Shown piece by piece: positions 63,237-64,000 of a DNA stretch of 64,000 nt (position 1 is the stretch's first letter; every line of letters starts with the position of its first letter). Source of the stretch: Xylographa opegraphella (lineage: Eukaryota); assembly GCA_022813865.1 (NCBI GenBank), contig JALDZX010000007.1:558001-622000 (forward strand). Direction: 5' to 3'. Position numbers and translations under genes: made by a program. The notes beneath the pieces are model-generated. The model was not told the origin of the DNA. It made no database searches and worked only from the letters and a program-made list of their open reading frames with translations.

Positions 63237-63556
63237 GGTGAGTAGAGTCCAGCTCAGCTGGGAGATCTGTAACTATGAGAAGACCATGGCAAGTGAGGGC
63301 GTGCGGGCCCCTAACATAGACCGGTCGGAAGAATTATCAATGAGTGTTCAATCGACAAGACAGGCGCGGACTGGCAGTTGACCGAATTCAGAACAAAGTT
63401 TTGGCGAATGACGCCACCAGAGGCGCGCGCGCGCAAGGAGTGTGGGGGCGCCTGGCGCAACCGAGCTTTGATATGTTGGCGCACTCTCCACTATCTTCTA
63501 CCTATGCCCATGCCGTTCTGGCCAACCAAAATACTGTAGTACGACGTTTCTGCACC

Positions 63557-64000
63557 ATGAACGGCACACTCTCCTATGGGCTCAACATCCGCAAAAGAGA
63601 CCCTCTCGCCCAACCACGACGCGCCCCGCCCCCAACGCGCAAAACCATATTCGAAGACGCCGACAACTCCGACGCCGAAGATGGCAGCGCTCCAGCCGCC
63701 GAAGAAGCCATAACCACCATTGGAGGGCTCTCAACTCCCTCACCGCCTGCCCACTCCTCTAAGCCCCACCAATCCCCGAAACTTTCCTCGACAATCAAGC
63801 CGCCGGTGCGAAAACCCCCTCCTACCACGACTCAATATGGCGACCTCTCCACCAACCACACCACCGCACTCCACACCAGCAGTTCCCTGGATCTGGATCC
63901 CTCCATCTACGACTACGACTCCGTTTATGACTCGCTGCACGCGAAAGGCCCCTCGTCGTCCTCCAGCGGGCCCACCGGGCCAAAGTACATGGGCAACTTG
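63557..64000 (+). CDS. Nuclear speckle splicing regulatory protein 1-like (DUF2040), truncated by the window edge
   Basis: MNGTLSYGLNIRK...DPSIYDYDSVYDSLHA...PKYMGNL, open to the window end. Confidence 0.8.
   Translation, partial: MNGTLSYGLNIRKRDPLAQPRRAPPPTRKTIFEDADNSDAEDGSAPAAEEAITTIGGLSTPSPPAHSSKPHQSPKLSSTIKPPVRKPPPTTTQYGDLSTNHTTALHTSSSLDLDPSIYDYDSVYDSLHAKGPSSSSSGPTGPKYMGNL

Noticed and set aside
37432..64000. Functional clustering of splicing genes (CWC15, pinin, RDS3, NSRP1), and of TTI1 with SIN1
   Set aside because: They are spread over tens of kb among unrelated genes, which is compatible with chance.

Overview
Gene-dense eukaryotic window from a filamentous ascomycete (Pezizomycotina), judged from short spliceosomal introns with fungal donor, branch and acceptor signals. 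I can support about 32 protein-coding genes, mostly housekeeping: PIC2-type and SFC1 carriers, TTI1, eIF5, THI6, a CLC channel, RRP45, CWC15, twinfilin, DHFR, MED22, RDS3, PEX26, SIN1 and NSRP1. There are also several accessory enzymes and two adjacent pseudogenes. I found no tRNA, rRNA, CRISPR array or intact transposon. The most striking item is a cryptic 11-exon gene at 39324-40597, which the ORF track shows only as fragments. It is built from tandemly duplicated exon+intron units, almost all phase 0, and encodes a ~239-aa, ~40% Gly protein with a dehydrin K-segment-like helix; STRE motifs lie upstream. Other notable signals: recurrent GC-rich islands where strand skew flips from C/A-rich to G/T-rich regardless of gene orientation, a retropepsin-like domain with Cys in place of the catalytic Asp, poor-context uAUGs in the eIF5 leader, and a telomere-like 11-mer array. 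All gene models were spliced by eye and family calls rest on remembered motifs; no searches were run.
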